Positions 1 through 9,503 of a DNA stretch of 64,000 nucleotides are shown one piece after another; position 1 is the first letter of the stretch; each line of letters opens with the position of its first letter. Location of the stretch: the IMG/VR virus record IMGVR_UViG_3300035668_000001. One strand, given 5' to 3'. The position numbers and the translations under genes were made by a program. Source of the DNA: an uncultured virus (IMG/VR IMGVR_UViG_3300035668_000001). Taxonomy: Duplodnaviria; Heunggongvirae; Uroviricota; Caudoviricetes. Under the pieces are notes generated by a model. That model ran no database searches, was not told where the DNA came from, and saw only the letters and a list, made by a program, of their open reading frames with translations.

Positions 1-1077
1 CGCAACGCGGTGAACACCCACATCCGGCACGCCTCCGCGTCCCTCCTCGCGACCCTGACCCGGGAGAACGCGGCACTCGACCGGCTCGGGGACAAGCGGG
101 CAGCGATCCTCAAGAAGCTGGCTGCCGCAGAAAAGGCGTACGCGGCGCAGTTGAAAGCCAGTGTCGACTACGCGAAGCAGGTCGCCGACTCGGCCCGGCA
201 GTCCGCGTCCATCGTCGGGATCTTGGGTGCCGCCGCCGGTGCCGCCGGCCAGGCGGCGACCGCCGGCGCCTCCGGGGTGACGTCGGTGACCGCGTCCCTC
301 GCGGCGCAAGCGCGAGGTTACGTGACGTCCGTCGCCCGGTCGGTCACCGCCGCCCCCGGACCCGCGCCCTCCGGCGCCTCGATCATCGTCGCCGGGCTCA
401 AGGACCGGCTGGCGAAGCTCAAGGCGTTCGCCGCCGACATCGCCACCCTCAAGAAGAAGGGCCTCAACGCCACCGCGCTCGGGGAGATCATCCAGGCCGG
501 TGTCGAGCAAGGCGCGGAGGTGGCCCGGGCCCTCGTGCTGGGCGGCGTGTCGGCGATCGCCAGCACGAACACGTTGCAGGCGCAGATCAACAAGGCCGCC
601 GACGCGTTGGGGGCGACCGCGGCGAGCTCCATGTACAAGTCGGGGCTGAACGCGGCGAAGGGCCTCATCGCCGGGCTCAAGTCGCAAGAGAAGGCGCTGG
701 CGGCGCAGATGGCCCGCATCGCGCACCTCATGGCGGACCAGATCCGCCGCAACCTCGGTATCAAGTCGCCGTCGACCGTGCTGGAAACCGTGGGGCACTG
801 GACGGCGCGCGGGTTGGAGAAGGGACTGCTGTCCCGCATCCCGGTCATCGCCGCCCTCGCCCGGCGGATGGCGGCCGCCGCGTCCGGTGCCACCGGCCGG
901 CTCACCGTCGGGTCACTGTCGTCGATAGGCAACGGCCCGCTGCGGCCGTACCCGGGTGATGGCCGCGGCGGCGGCGGGGGGGCCGTGTCGATCAGCGTCG
1001 TCGCGTCTCCCGGTATGGACCTCGACGCCCTCGCGGCGGCGATCGCGCACAAGCTCGAGTGGAGCCGCGCATCATGA
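1..1077 (+). CDS. Tape measure protein, C-terminal part (5' truncated)
   Basis: Ala/Gly-rich helical ORF with the LGIKSPS motif typical of siphovirus TMP C-termini; stop overlaps next gene (ATGA). Confidence 0.8.
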   Translation, partial: RNAVNTHIRHASASLLATLTRENAALDRLGDKRAAILKKLAAAEKAYAAQLKASVDYAKQVADSARQSASIVGILGAAAGAAGQAATAGASGVTSVTASLAAQARGYVTSVARSVTAAPGPAPSGASIIVAGLKDRLAKLKAFAADIATLKKKGLNATALGEIIQAGVEQGAEVARALVLGGVSAIASTNTLQAQINKAADALGATAASSMYKSGLNAAKGLIAGLKSQEKALAAQMARIAHLMADQIRRNLGIKSPSTVLETVGHWTARGLEKGLLSRIPVIAALARRMAAAASGATGRLTVGSLSSIGNGPLRPYPGDGRGGGGGAVSISVVASPGMDLDALAAAIAHKLEWSRAS

Positions 1078-1937
1078 CCGCGACCTGGGCTCCACTCAAC
1101 GAGACGCCGACGTACACGGTCGGCGACTGGTACGGCAACGCCACCGACGTGTACGACTGCGACTGGATCGTCGAGACGATCAAGGGATGGTCGGAACCTC
1201 CGACCGTCACCGGCACCACGGTGTCGCGGGAATTCGACGACGGTGAAGACGCCGGGGACGTGTACTACGGCGCCCGGTTCATCATGTTGTCCGGCACCAC
1301 CATCGCCCGGTCCCGGGCGGCGATGGTGGCCGCGAAGGACCGGTTCGCGGCCGTGGCGAGTGGACGGTCCGGGGCGACGCTGATCGTCGCCGAGGCGCAC
1401 CTGACCCGCATGTGTGTCGTCCACCGAGACGGCGGTTCGTCGTGCGAGGACATGGGTCCCGCCAAGTTTCGGTGGGAGTTCACGCTGCGCGCCTCCGACC
1501 CGCGCCGGTACGACGTCACCACGTCCTCCGCCGGGGTCGCGGCCGCGGTTGGCACCGGCGGCCTCCCGATCCCCTTGACATTCCCCCTCGACTTCGGGGC
1601 GTCCTCCCCCGCGAACCGGGTGACGCTCACCAACACCGGGACTTGGCGGACGCCGCTGCGGGCCGTGTTCTCAGGGCCGTACATCTCCCCGGGACTCACC
1701 TCCGAGGCGGCGGGCCGGTCACTCGACTTCGACCTGACCCTCGCCTCCGGTGACCAGCTCACCGTCGACACCGGCACCCGCGAGGTGCTGTTGCAGGGCA
1801 CCTCGTCGCGGCTCTACACGATCCGGCCCGGATCCCAGTGGTTCCAGCTCGTGCCCGGCCCGAACGACCTCCGGGTCAACGGCGACGGCAGCAGCGGCGG
1901 CCGCGTCGACCTGACCTACCAGTCCGCGTGGATCTGA
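1074..1937 (+). CDS. Distal tail (Dit-like) minor tail protein
   Basis: Follows TMP; LRASDPRRY, PLTFPLDFG and WFQLVPGPNDL...YQSAWI motifs of actinophage Dit. Confidence 0.8.
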   Translation: MTATWAPLNETPTYTVGDWYGNATDVYDCDWIVETIKGWSEPPTVTGTTVSREFDDGEDAGDVYYGARFIMLSGTTIARSRAAMVAAKDRFAAVASGRSGATLIVAEAHLTRMCVVHRDGGSSCEDMGPAKFRWEFTLRASDPRRYDVTTSSAGVAAAVGTGGLPIPLTFPLDFGASSPANRVTLTNTGTWRTPLRAVFSGPYISPGLTSEAAGRSLDFDLTLASGDQLTVDTGTREVLLQGTSSRLYTIRPGSQWFQLVPGPNDLRVNGDGSSGGRVDLTYQSAWI

Positions 1938-1947
1938 GGAGAAGCTC

Positions 1948-2979
1948 ATGGGACGCCTGATGTACGCCGACAGCACGCTCTACACCACGGCCGACGACAT
2001 GCGCCTGGTCAACGCCACGCACGCGTACCCGTCCGCCGGGTGGACCGGCACACAGCGGTACCAAGGGCGGCGCGGGGTGAAGCCGAGTCCTCTGGTGGCC
2101 GGCGTCGGCCCTTTGCAGGTGACCGCGCAGAGCACCCCCAACTGGACGGTGAAGGTCGCCAACGGCACGGCGATGATCGAGGCGACGACCGGGTCTACAC
2201 ACGGGGTCTACATCGTCGTCGAGACGGCCGACATAGCGTCCGTCACGGTCACCCCGGCGGACCCCACGAACACCCGGCTCGACCTCGTCGTCATCCGCGC
2301 CAACGACCCCGCCGTGTCCGGGGTGGTCACGTCGGGCACCGTCGAGGTCATCGCGGGCACCCCCGCGCCGACCCCCGTCGCGCCCGCGCAGCCGAACAAC
2401 TGCGTACTACTCGCGACACTCACCATCGTCCCCGGCGACACCGCGGTCACCGCCGCGCGCATCACCGACTCTCGCGTGTACACCGTGCCGCCGGGTGGCA
2501 TCCTGCCGGTCAAGGGCGACTCGGACATGCCCGCGTCCCCGGCGTACGTCGGCGCCCACGTGTACCGCTTGGACTGGCACGAAACGTGGAGGTACGGCGG
2601 CGCCACCCCGTCGTGGCGGGCGTTGGGTTCGCAGGAACAGTTCTTCTCCGGGTCCGCCACCGTGTCGGGCCTCTCGACGATCGGCACCACCGTCGTCCCC
2701 ATCTCCGCCGGCCGCATCGGGCAATGGATCAAGATCGGGTTGACCTTCTGGTCGACCAACACCACGGACCCGGACCCGCAGGTGCTCTGCCAGGTCGACG
2801 GTGTCAGTTGCTGGGGTTCGGGGGTGTACCTGTACCGGGGCTCGACCGTGCAAGTCATGGGGCTCACCTGGTACAGCGGCTTGGTCGTGGGGACCGCGTC
2901 GAACAAGACGATCGCCGTGATGATGAGTGGCGGCGCCGCCGGGGTGTGGGCCTTCAACGGCATCGTCACGGTCGGCTGA
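1948..2979 (+). CDS. Minor tail protein
   Basis: GAGGAG RBS; ADPTNTRLDLVV...GTPAPTPVAP motif seen in actinophage minor tail proteins; tail context. Confidence 0.7.
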   Translation: MGRLMYADSTLYTTADDMRLVNATHAYPSAGWTGTQRYQGRRGVKPSPLVAGVGPLQVTAQSTPNWTVKVANGTAMIEATTGSTHGVYIVVETADIASVTVTPADPTNTRLDLVVIRANDPAVSGVVTSGTVEVIAGTPAPTPVAPAQPNNCVLLATLTIVPGDTAVTAARITDSRVYTVPPGGILPVKGDSDMPASPAYVGAHVYRLDWHETWRYGGATPSWRALGSQEQFFSGSATVSGLSTIGTTVVPISAGRIGQWIKIGLTFWSTNTTDPDPQVLCQVDGVSCWGSGVYLYRGSTVQVMGLTWYSGLVVGTASNKTIAVMMSGGAAGVWAFNGIVTVG

Positions 2980-2980
2980 C

Positions 2981-4177
2981 GTGGCCGAGTACACCTACAT
3001 CGCCCGGGACATCCTCACCCGCCGGGTTCTCGCCGAGTTGCCGCTGCGCGGCGTCGAATTCGGGGCGTCACTCACCGACGGCGGGTCGTTGACCGGGTCG
3101 CTGCCGATCGCGGGCATGTCGTCACGGACACAGGCGCAGATGGACGCCGCCACGCAAGAGGGCCGTACTGCCCTGTGGGTGTACCGGGATTCGCGGCTCA
3201 TGTGGGGCGGCCCGCTCTGGTTGCGGCCGTACGAGTCGGGCGCGTACAAGATCACCGCCGAGGGGTGGCGCAGCTACTTTGCCCGGCAACCACTCGACGT
3301 GGACAAGGCGTACACCGCGACCGACGCGTTCGACGTCGTCCGTGACCTGGTCACGTGGACGCAGACCGGGCTCGACCGGCCGCCGCAGGCGTATGTGTGG
3401 ATAGCGCTGCCCGACACCATGTCCGGGGTCACGGTCGACGCGGCCTACTTGGGTAACGACGTCAAATCGGTCGACACGATTATCCAGGAACTCGCCGACG
3501 CGGTCGGGTTCGAGTGGGGTATCGACGCGTGGGACGTGGCGATGTCCGACCCGATCGGGACACTACAGCTCGGCAACCCCCGCCTTGGGCGGACCGCGGA
3601 AGTGTCCGGGCACGTGTGGGAGCGCACCGACAGTGCCGAGTCGAGCATCGTCGGCTTGTCGTGGCCCGGCGACGGGAAGCAGTTGGCGACGCGGGTCATC
3701 GGCGTCGGCGGGGCCACGGTGTCCGGCGGGACACCGATCCGGTCCACAGCCACGAACACGACACTCCTCGACCAGGGATACCCGCTGATCTGCTCGACGG
3801 TGTCCCGGACCGACGTCACAGTGCAGGCGGATCTCGACGCCATCGTCACCGCCGAGCTGCTGTCCCGGTCATCACCGCTCGTCGACCCGACACTCACCGT
3901 CCTCGCCGACGTGTTCCCCGCATTCGGGGACTGGCGCATCGGCGACGACTGCCGGGTGCGGGTCTTCGGTGACCCCCGCTGGCCCGACGGGCTGGACATC
4001 TACACCCGCATCATCGGCTACCGGGCACACCCGCGGCCGTCCGCCGAGACGGTGGACTTGATCCTCGCCCCGATCCTCGCCGGTTCGCCGCGCCTGGTGC
4101 GCCGGGCCCGCACATACGGGCGGACGATGAGTGACATTGAGCGGCGGCTGTCCCTGATGGAGACGCGACGCGGTTGA
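2981..4177 (+). CDS. Minor tail protein (ReqiPepy6 Gp37-like baseplate hub)
   Basis: ALWVYRDSRLMWGGPLW and WRIGDDCRVRV motifs; GTG start just after upstream stop. Confidence 0.7.
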   Translation: MAEYTYIARDILTRRVLAELPLRGVEFGASLTDGGSLTGSLPIAGMSSRTQAQMDAATQEGRTALWVYRDSRLMWGGPLWLRPYESGAYKITAEGWRSYFARQPLDVDKAYTATDAFDVVRDLVTWTQTGLDRPPQAYVWIALPDTMSGVTVDAAYLGNDVKSVDTIIQELADAVGFEWGIDAWDVAMSDPIGTLQLGNPRLGRTAEVSGHVWERTDSAESSIVGLSWPGDGKQLATRVIGVGGATVSGGTPIRSTATNTTLLDQGYPLICSTVSRTDVTVQADLDAIVTAELLSRSSPLVDPTLTVLADVFPAFGDWRIGDDCRVRVFGDPRWPDGLDIYTRIIGYRAHPRPSAETVDLILAPILAGSPRLVRRARTYGRTMSDIERRLSLMETRRG

Positions 4178-4183
4178 CCCCCG

Positions 4184-4534
4184 TCAGGTTTTGGTCCCGA
4201 GCCAGATCGCGACGATCGTGCTGACGACGGCGGCGGCCGTGGTGAGCAGGACCGCCATCCGGGCGAGCGGTGACCACCGGTCGTTCACGTTGGCGCGACG
4301 TAGTTGATCAGCATTTTTCAGCGCCTCGGCGGTGGTGATCACCGTGGCGTCCCGGGCGACGGCCTGATCCCCCAGCCGCTGGACGGCGAGCCGGAGCCCG
4401 TGCAGTTCCTCGGCAACCCTCCCCATCGACCCGTTGATCAGTTTGAAGTGTTCGTCGTGCTCCGTGAGTCGCGCCGCGATCTCGCCCGCTTCCCGACCTC
4501 GGTCGTACTCGCCGCTCAACGACGGCCGCGTCAC
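4184..4534 (-). CDS. Membrane protein (coiled coil + C-terminal TM)
   Basis: C-terminal hydrophobic helix; overlap-coupled to upstream gene. Confidence 0.6.
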   Translation of the reverse strand: MTRPSLSGEYDRGREAGEIAARLTEHDEHFKLINGSMGRVAEELHGLRLAVQRLGDQAVARDATVITTAEALKNADQLRRANVNDRWSPLARMAVLLTTAAAVVSTIVAIWLGTKT

Positions 4535-4992
4535 TTCGGGATCTCAGGGTTCATGCCCTGCGGTGGCAAGGCGGGCGCTAGGGGCGGGACCGCGATCTCG
4601 TTGTGGCGCAGCGTGTCGGCCAGCAGGACGACCCTCGTCTCGGCGACCGCGACCCGGTTTTCCGCGATGGCGACCCGCGTCTCGGCGGTCGCGACCCGTT
4701 CTTCGGCGCGGACCAACCGGCGGCCGACGGTTTCCGCGTCCTTCGCGTAGTCGTCGAGCCGCTTGTCGAGCCGGATGATCTCGGAACGGAGCCGTTCGAG
4801 GGTCTCCCCGTCCATCGCCTGCGCACGGGCCGCCGACGTGCGCTCGTAGTCGACGGACGCCTTCGCCGCCTGCTCGTCTCCTTCGATCTCCCTGGCGCGC
4901 TGGACTCGCCGGTCGACCCACACCATGCCGCCCGCCGCGCCGCCGGCGCCGATGACAGCGACGACGATGGTGACGACCTGATCCGCGTGCAT
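4531..4992 (-). CDS. Membrane-anchored coiled-coil protein
   Basis: MHADQVVTIVVAVIG TM helix; heptad repeat RVATAET/RVAIAEN/RVAVAET; TGATG coupling at 4992. Confidence 0.65.
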   Translation of the reverse strand: MHADQVVTIVVAVIGAGGAAGGMVWVDRRVQRAREIEGDEQAAKASVDYERTSAARAQAMDGETLERLRSEIIRLDKRLDDYAKDAETVGRRLVRAEERVATAETRVAIAENRVAVAETRVVLLADTLRHNEIAVPPLAPALPPQGMNPEIPK

Positions 4993-5456
4993 CAGTGCGG
5001 TCCCGCCCCGGTCGCGGTACTCGCGTCGGCCTCCATCGGCCCCGAGACGGTGAAAACCGACAGGGCGGCGAGAGTCCAGACCCCGGCGGTGAGCAGGCCC
5101 CGCGTCGAATAGTCGGGGGTCACCCCGAGGATCCCGAGCACCCACGACAGGGTCGAACCGGCGGCCCACAGCGCCGACATCAGCCACGAGAGGGAGAACC
5201 CGAGGCGGAGCCACCCGGAGAATCCGCACGCCGTCGCGATCACGCCGACGACAGCCCACGCGCAGCCCCACATCCACAGGGGCATCAGCAGTAGCTGGAT
5301 GTAGTAGCGGCCGAGGTCTTCCGAGGACGGGGGGACGGCGATGTACGAGGAGGCGAACCCGGCGTAGATGAGTCCGGAGAGGACGAGGAAGCGGCGGCGG
5401 CCGTACATCCACGCGTGGGGCCGGGGATGGGCGTGAGGAGACATGCCACCCACCAT
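4992..5456 (-). CDS. Four-TM membrane protein (possibly lysis-associated)
   Basis: Four hydrophobic segments. Confidence 0.6.
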   Translation of the reverse strand: MVGGMSPHAHPRPHAWMYGRRRFLVLSGLIYAGFASSYIAVPPSSEDLGRYYIQLLLMPLWMWGCAWAVVGVIATACGFSGWLRLGFSLSWLMSALWAAGSTLSWVLGILGVTPDYSTRGLLTAGVWTLAALSVFTVSGPMEADASTATGAGPH

Positions 5457-5584
5457 GCGGATTACCGGACCCTAGTGTCGTGCCCGGTCGGCCGGTCGGC
5501 CGATCGGGAGTCGAGGGCGACGTTAGGAACCTGGGGAGTACACGCTCCCGGGCGTAGGCAGTCCCCCCGATCCAGGAGTCGGCC

Positions 5585-5953
5585 GTGAATCCCTTCACAA
5601 ACGTCAGTGGCACCCAGAAGGCGTGGGCGCAGTTCTTCGTCGTCGTCTTGCCCCTGTTCCTCGGTGCGTCCATGCCCGGCACGGGCCTCGGTACTTGGCT
5701 GAACGTGGCCCTCGGTGTCGTCGGCGCGGTCGCCGTCTACTTCGCCCCCGCCGTACCGTGGCTCAAGATCGCAGCGGCTACCGCCGCCGCCGGGCTACAG
5801 GTCGCCGTATCCGCAGCCACGACCGGGGGGATCAGCCACGCCGAGTGGAACGCCATCGTCCTCGCTGCCGTCGGTGTCGCCGCGACCGCTGTCCTCAAGA
5901 ACGTCCCGGCCTTGACCCCCGCGGCACCGGGACCGTACGCACAGGACGACTGA
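5585..5953 (+). CDS. Putative holin
   Basis: AGGAG RBS; 122 aa, about 4 TMs, GGISHAEW motif like actinophage holins. Confidence 0.55.
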   Translation: MNPFTNVSGTQKAWAQFFVVVLPLFLGASMPGTGLGTWLNVALGVVGAVAVYFAPAVPWLKIAAATAAAGLQVAVSAATTGGISHAEWNAIVLAAVGVAATAVLKNVPALTPAAPGPYAQDD

Positions 5954-6225
5954 AAACCGCGCGGACAACACGACCTGCCGCCGGGAAAGTAGCGGGCCGC
6001 CGGGCGGGTGCTCTACAGTTCTGTTTGCGCCGCCCCGCGGCGCGCCCTCGAAGACCCTGCCTACCGCAACTCGCCGCCATCGGGTCGGTCAAGGCACCTC
6101 TCGTCCCCGCCGGGGAAACCCGGCACGGGACAGGGACGTCAGTAGTTGACGGCAGGGTCTGTGGAGTCTTGGAGGCCGGTCGCTCGGCTGTCGACCCTCC
6201 ACGGCGCGCCTCGGGGTAGGCCTTC

Positions 6226-6750
6226 TCAGTCCTCGTCCGGGGCGCCGCCGAGCTGCAACCGCCGGATCTGCGTCTCGTACCTGCGCGCCCTCGCCGCCGC
6301 CTCCGCCTCGAACTTCTTGCGGTACGCGGTGAACTCCTTCGGATGATCTTGCGCCAAGCTTTCGAGTGCACGCTGCCGAGGTTTGTCCGGGTCCAGGGCA
6401 CGATCCCGGTCCCGGATCAACCCGACAATAGGCTTGAGCGTCCGCCGGACGCCGACGAGCCGGGCCCGGTAGCGGCGGGTCGCCACCTCGTATGACCGGT
6501 CCCCGACCATGCGCGGCGGCGGGTCCTCGAGCTGTTCGGTGACACGGGCAACCAGCACCTCCACGGCCTCGAGGGTGCGCTGCGCGATCCGGGGGTCACG
6601 GAACACCCGGTGGTCGGCCGGCGTCGGGTCCGTCGTCAGGTAACGCTCGACCGCGACCAGGAACTCGCTGTCGGACGCGGACGCGAGGGCGCCTATCTCT
6701 TCTTCGTCTTCGTCGTCGATCATGTCAACGGACTGGAGAGGGGTCGCCAC
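6226..6750 (-). CDS. Hypothetical protein
   Basis: Helical charged ORF with plausible composition. Confidence 0.55.
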   Translation of the reverse strand: MATPLQSVDMIDDEDEEEIGALASASDSEFLVAVERYLTTDPTPADHRVFRDPRIAQRTLEAVEVLVARVTEQLEDPPPRMVGDRSYEVATRRYRARLVGVRRTLKPIVGLIRDRDRALDPDKPRQRALESLAQDHPKEFTAYRKKFEAEAAARARRYETQIRRLQLGGAPDED

Positions 6751-6912
6751 GTGGAGCCTTTCGGAATGCCCTCGGGACCGGAGGCAGGGCGGCGGCGAAC
6801 TCCGTCGCTATCGGGTGAATCCACCGGTTCGAGGAACCTTACTTTCCCGCGGTGAATTCCGTGCAACTCTCCCTGAACCGAGTGTGCTCGCGTTCTGAAC
6901 TGTCGGCGCCGG

Positions 6913-6929
6913 TAAATGGCGGGTACAGT
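6913..6929 (+). promoter_or_regulatory. Promoter, TAAA-box variant; probable leaderless transcript
   Basis: TAAATGGCGGG-TACAGT with ATG 7 nt after the -10. Confidence 0.55.
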
Positions 6930-6936
6930 TGAAGGC

Positions 6937-7242
6937 ATGGACTTCACGGAGCGTGTAGACGCGGGTCGACGGGCCAAGGCCGCCGCCCTGGCCCGCGACC
7001 TACGCCTACGCGGAGTGACCGCCGACGTCGCCATCCGGTACAGCCGGGCGCAGCAACTCGGCGCTGCCCGCGACGCCCGCGTGAAGCCTCCGTCGCGCGA
7101 CAAGACGTGGCCCGCGGTCGTCGCCATGTTGGCCGGGTCCCACGCCCCCGAGGCCGCGTGCCCGACCTGCAACTGGGGCTGCCCCGGTGGCGTCCAGGGC
7201 CCACCGAAGCCGTTCGGCCACGACGGGCCATGTGCCTTGTGA
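6937..7242 (+). CDS. Hypothetical protein with C-terminal Cys/His motif
   Basis: CPTCNWGC...HDGPC; ATG right after promoter motif. Confidence 0.55.
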   Translation: MDFTERVDAGRRAKAAALARDLRLRGVTADVAIRYSRAQQLGAARDARVKPPSRDKTWPAVVAMLAGSHAPEAACPTCNWGCPGGVQGPPKPFGHDGPCAL

Positions 7243-7277
7243 GAGTGCCGTCTACCGGCGGAGGGCGGTGCCCCTAC

Positions 7278-7856
7278 TTACGGGACTCCGCCCTCCGCCG
7301 CCCGGTCGGAACCCGGCCAGTGCCCCCGTAAGAGGTCACCGGTACGCAGCCCGGGAAGGCCGTCGGAGACGGGGTGGTGGGCGCCCTTCCGTTGACCTGT
7401 CACGTGGGGACGGTGTGGGGCCGCCGCCAGATGCCACCGGTCGAGGTCCGCGGCCGCTTGGACCGGGTCCGTGGACGCCGCCGGGACCGGCGGTGACATA
7501 CCCACGGGCACACCGGGCTCGACGTCGATGCCTTCGAGGAACAGGCCGTAGTCGACGGCGTAGATCTCCTCGACGCTGTCGACCGACATGCCGTATGCGT
7601 CGGCGATCTGTTCCCACGTCGCGCCCCGGGCCCGGTCGGCGACGACACAACGGTGGAGAACGGCGAGAGCGACGCTGCGTACCGCGCGGCCCCGGCTGGT
7701 GAAGTCGCCGGGGATGTACTCGTCTTTCTCGCCGGCGGTGGTGACGAGGTCCCGCAGTGCGTCGGCCGCGAAGGCCGCCGCTTCGGACAAGGCGACGCGG
7801 GCGCGCACGTAAGCGCGCGTCGCAGCAAGGTCCGGCGTCGTGGGTTCGGGGTCCAC
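7278..7856 (-). CDS. Hypothetical protein, possible HTH
   Basis: RARGATWEQIADAYGMS resembles an HTH. Confidence 0.55.
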   Translation of the reverse strand: MDPEPTTPDLAATRAYVRARVALSEAAAFAADALRDLVTTAGEKDEYIPGDFTSRGRAVRSVALAVLHRCVVADRARGATWEQIADAYGMSVDSVEEIYAVDYGLFLEGIDVEPGVPVGMSPPVPAASTDPVQAAADLDRWHLAAAPHRPHVTGQRKGAHHPVSDGLPGLRTGDLLRGHWPGSDRAAEGGVP

Positions 7857-7922
7857 GGACCCACGGTAGACCCCTGAGGCGCTGTTCCGGCACGCCGCGC
7901 CGTCGTTGACCGGCGCGGCCCA

Positions 7923-7977
7923 TTGCCCACCCGGTAAACGCCATGTATGATTCGGGATGACCGGAGCGACCCGGTCA
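7923..7977 (+). promoter_or_regulatory. Conserved promoter + AGCGAC hairpin
   Basis: TTGCCC-N17-TATGAT containing TAAACGCCATG; TGACCGG-AGCGAC-CCGGTCA at 7958-7977. Confidence 0.75.
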
Positions 7978-8090
7978 CAGACCCCGGATCCGGCCGCGAC
8001 ACAACGGCTTCCCGCCGTTCATCCTCGCCGGGTTCGGACCCTACCCGGCAGGGACGCCGCGCGGGCCAGCGACACCGCGGACGTCCCGGA

Positions 8091-8408
8091 ATGGACGACC
8101 CGATGACGCACGGCCAGCACGACCTTGACAGGTGTGCGCCCAGCCCCCTCGACTGCCTCATCAACGGCGTCGGGATCCGGACGTTCTACTGCACCGACCA
8201 CCCGATGAGCATCGCCGCCGCGTACGTCGCGTTCGGCTACGACCCCCTCGAACGTCCCCTCGACTTGGCGCACATCACCGTGTGCCGCGACTGGACGCGC
8301 GCAATCATCCTCTCCTTGTCCCCCGCGGACCCCGCCGTCGACCACGCGTTCGCCGTCTACTACGCGCTCGACGCTCTGGCCGCCACCGCCGCAGGGCGCA
8401 GGTCGTGA
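8091..8408 (+). CDS. Hypothetical protein
   Basis: First gene of operon; stop overlaps next GTG; start uncertain (8091 or 8103). Confidence 0.5.
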   Translation: MDDPMTHGQHDLDRCAPSPLDCLINGVGIRTFYCTDHPMSIAAAYVAFGYDPLERPLDLAHITVCRDWTRAIILSLSPADPAVDHAFAVYYALDALAATAAGRRS

Positions 8409-9502
8409 CGACGCCGTTGGTCGTCACCGACCGGGACGACAACCGCCACTACACCCACCCGATCACCGGCCAGGTGATGGTGTCGGTCACGACCGTGATC
8501 TCCATGACCCAGTCGAAGCCTTGGCTGGCGCCGTGGCAGGTCCGGCTCACCCTCGAATGGGCACTCGCCAACCTTCACCTCCTCGACGACGGCACCCTGA
8601 GCCGCATCGACTTCGTGCGGCTCGCGAAGGACGCCGGCGCGCGGGCCCGCGACATCAAGGCCGACACCGGGCAGTACGCCCACGACGTCATCGAGGCCCT
8701 CATCTTGTGGGCGGCCACCCCCGGCGGCTCGGAGATCGCGCTGCCCGTCATCCCCGACCACCTCGTCGGGCAGTACATGGACGGCCCCCCGGAGCCGGGC
8801 GAGACGGGCATCCTCGTCGAGGACTTCGCCGACGTCGCGATCACCGGGTTCACCGCGTTCGTCACCGACTTCGACCCACAGTTCACCGCATCGTCGATGC
8901 CCGTGTTCCACCCGGAGCTCGGCGTCGCCGGAACGTTGGACTTCATGGCGCGGTTCCTGGTGTTCGGCGACCAGTGCGTCGACGTCAAGACGGGCAAGCA
9001 CCTCACCGACGTGCAGGAGCAGTTGGCCGCATACCGGCGGATGACCGAGTGCCAGTTGCCGCTCGGGCAGGTCGAGCCGATGCCGCCGACTGACGGCGGG
9101 ATGGTGCTGCACCTGCGACCGGAGTACCGCCACGGGTACCGGCTCATGCAGGTCCCGGCCGCCGACGACGTCGTCGCCTGGAACTCGTTCCGCCGCGCCT
9201 TGCTCCTCACGCAGGAACGATCCGGCCGCAAGCCCAAGCCGGGGCGAGTCTTGTACCCGCCACTCCCGGACGGCTCCCAGCCGCTGCCGCTGCTCGTCGA
9301 CCTCGACGGGGAAGTGCACGGCCGTGTCCGTAACCCGCTGATCCGCGAGATCGGCGACGACACGCGGGTCGGCGACCTCACCGGGTTCACCGACGACGAC
9401 CTGCTCGCAGTCAAGGGCCTCGGCCCGAAGGCGCTCGGCGCCATCGACACGCTCCTCGCCGACTACGGGCTCACCCGGGTCCAGAAGGGGGAGGTGGCTT
9501 GA
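8405..9502 (+). CDS. PD-(D/E)XK exonuclease (RecE/Cas4-like) with C-terminal RNAP alpha-CTD-like HhH domain
   Basis: SVTTVI...KPWLAPW, AGTLD, VDVKTG, QLAAY motifs; DLLAVKGLGPKAL tail. Confidence 0.75.
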   Translation: MTTPLVVTDRDDNRHYTHPITGQVMVSVTTVISMTQSKPWLAPWQVRLTLEWALANLHLLDDGTLSRIDFVRLAKDAGARARDIKADTGQYAHDVIEALILWAATPGGSEIALPVIPDHLVGQYMDGPPEPGETGILVEDFADVAITGFTAFVTDFDPQFTASSMPVFHPELGVAGTLDFMARFLVFGDQCVDVKTGKHLTDVQEQLAAYRRMTECQLPLGQVEPMPPTDGGMVLHLRPEYRHGYRLMQVPAADDVVAWNSFRRALLLTQERSGRKPKPGRVLYPPLPDGSQPLPLLVDLDGEVHGRVRNPLIREIGDDTRVGDLTGFTDDDLLAVKGLGPKALGAIDTLLADYGLTRVQKGEVA

Positions 9503-9503
9503 G

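Noticed and set aside
4993..5682. 383-aa ORF 4531-5682 as one protein
   Set aside because: Upstream part overlaps the 4-TM gene and the holin-like gene; the TGATG-coupled start at 4992 is more plausible
8405..9502. Cas4 of a CRISPR system
   Set aside because: No four-Cys Fe-S motif and no cas neighbours; context fits a phage recombination exonuclease
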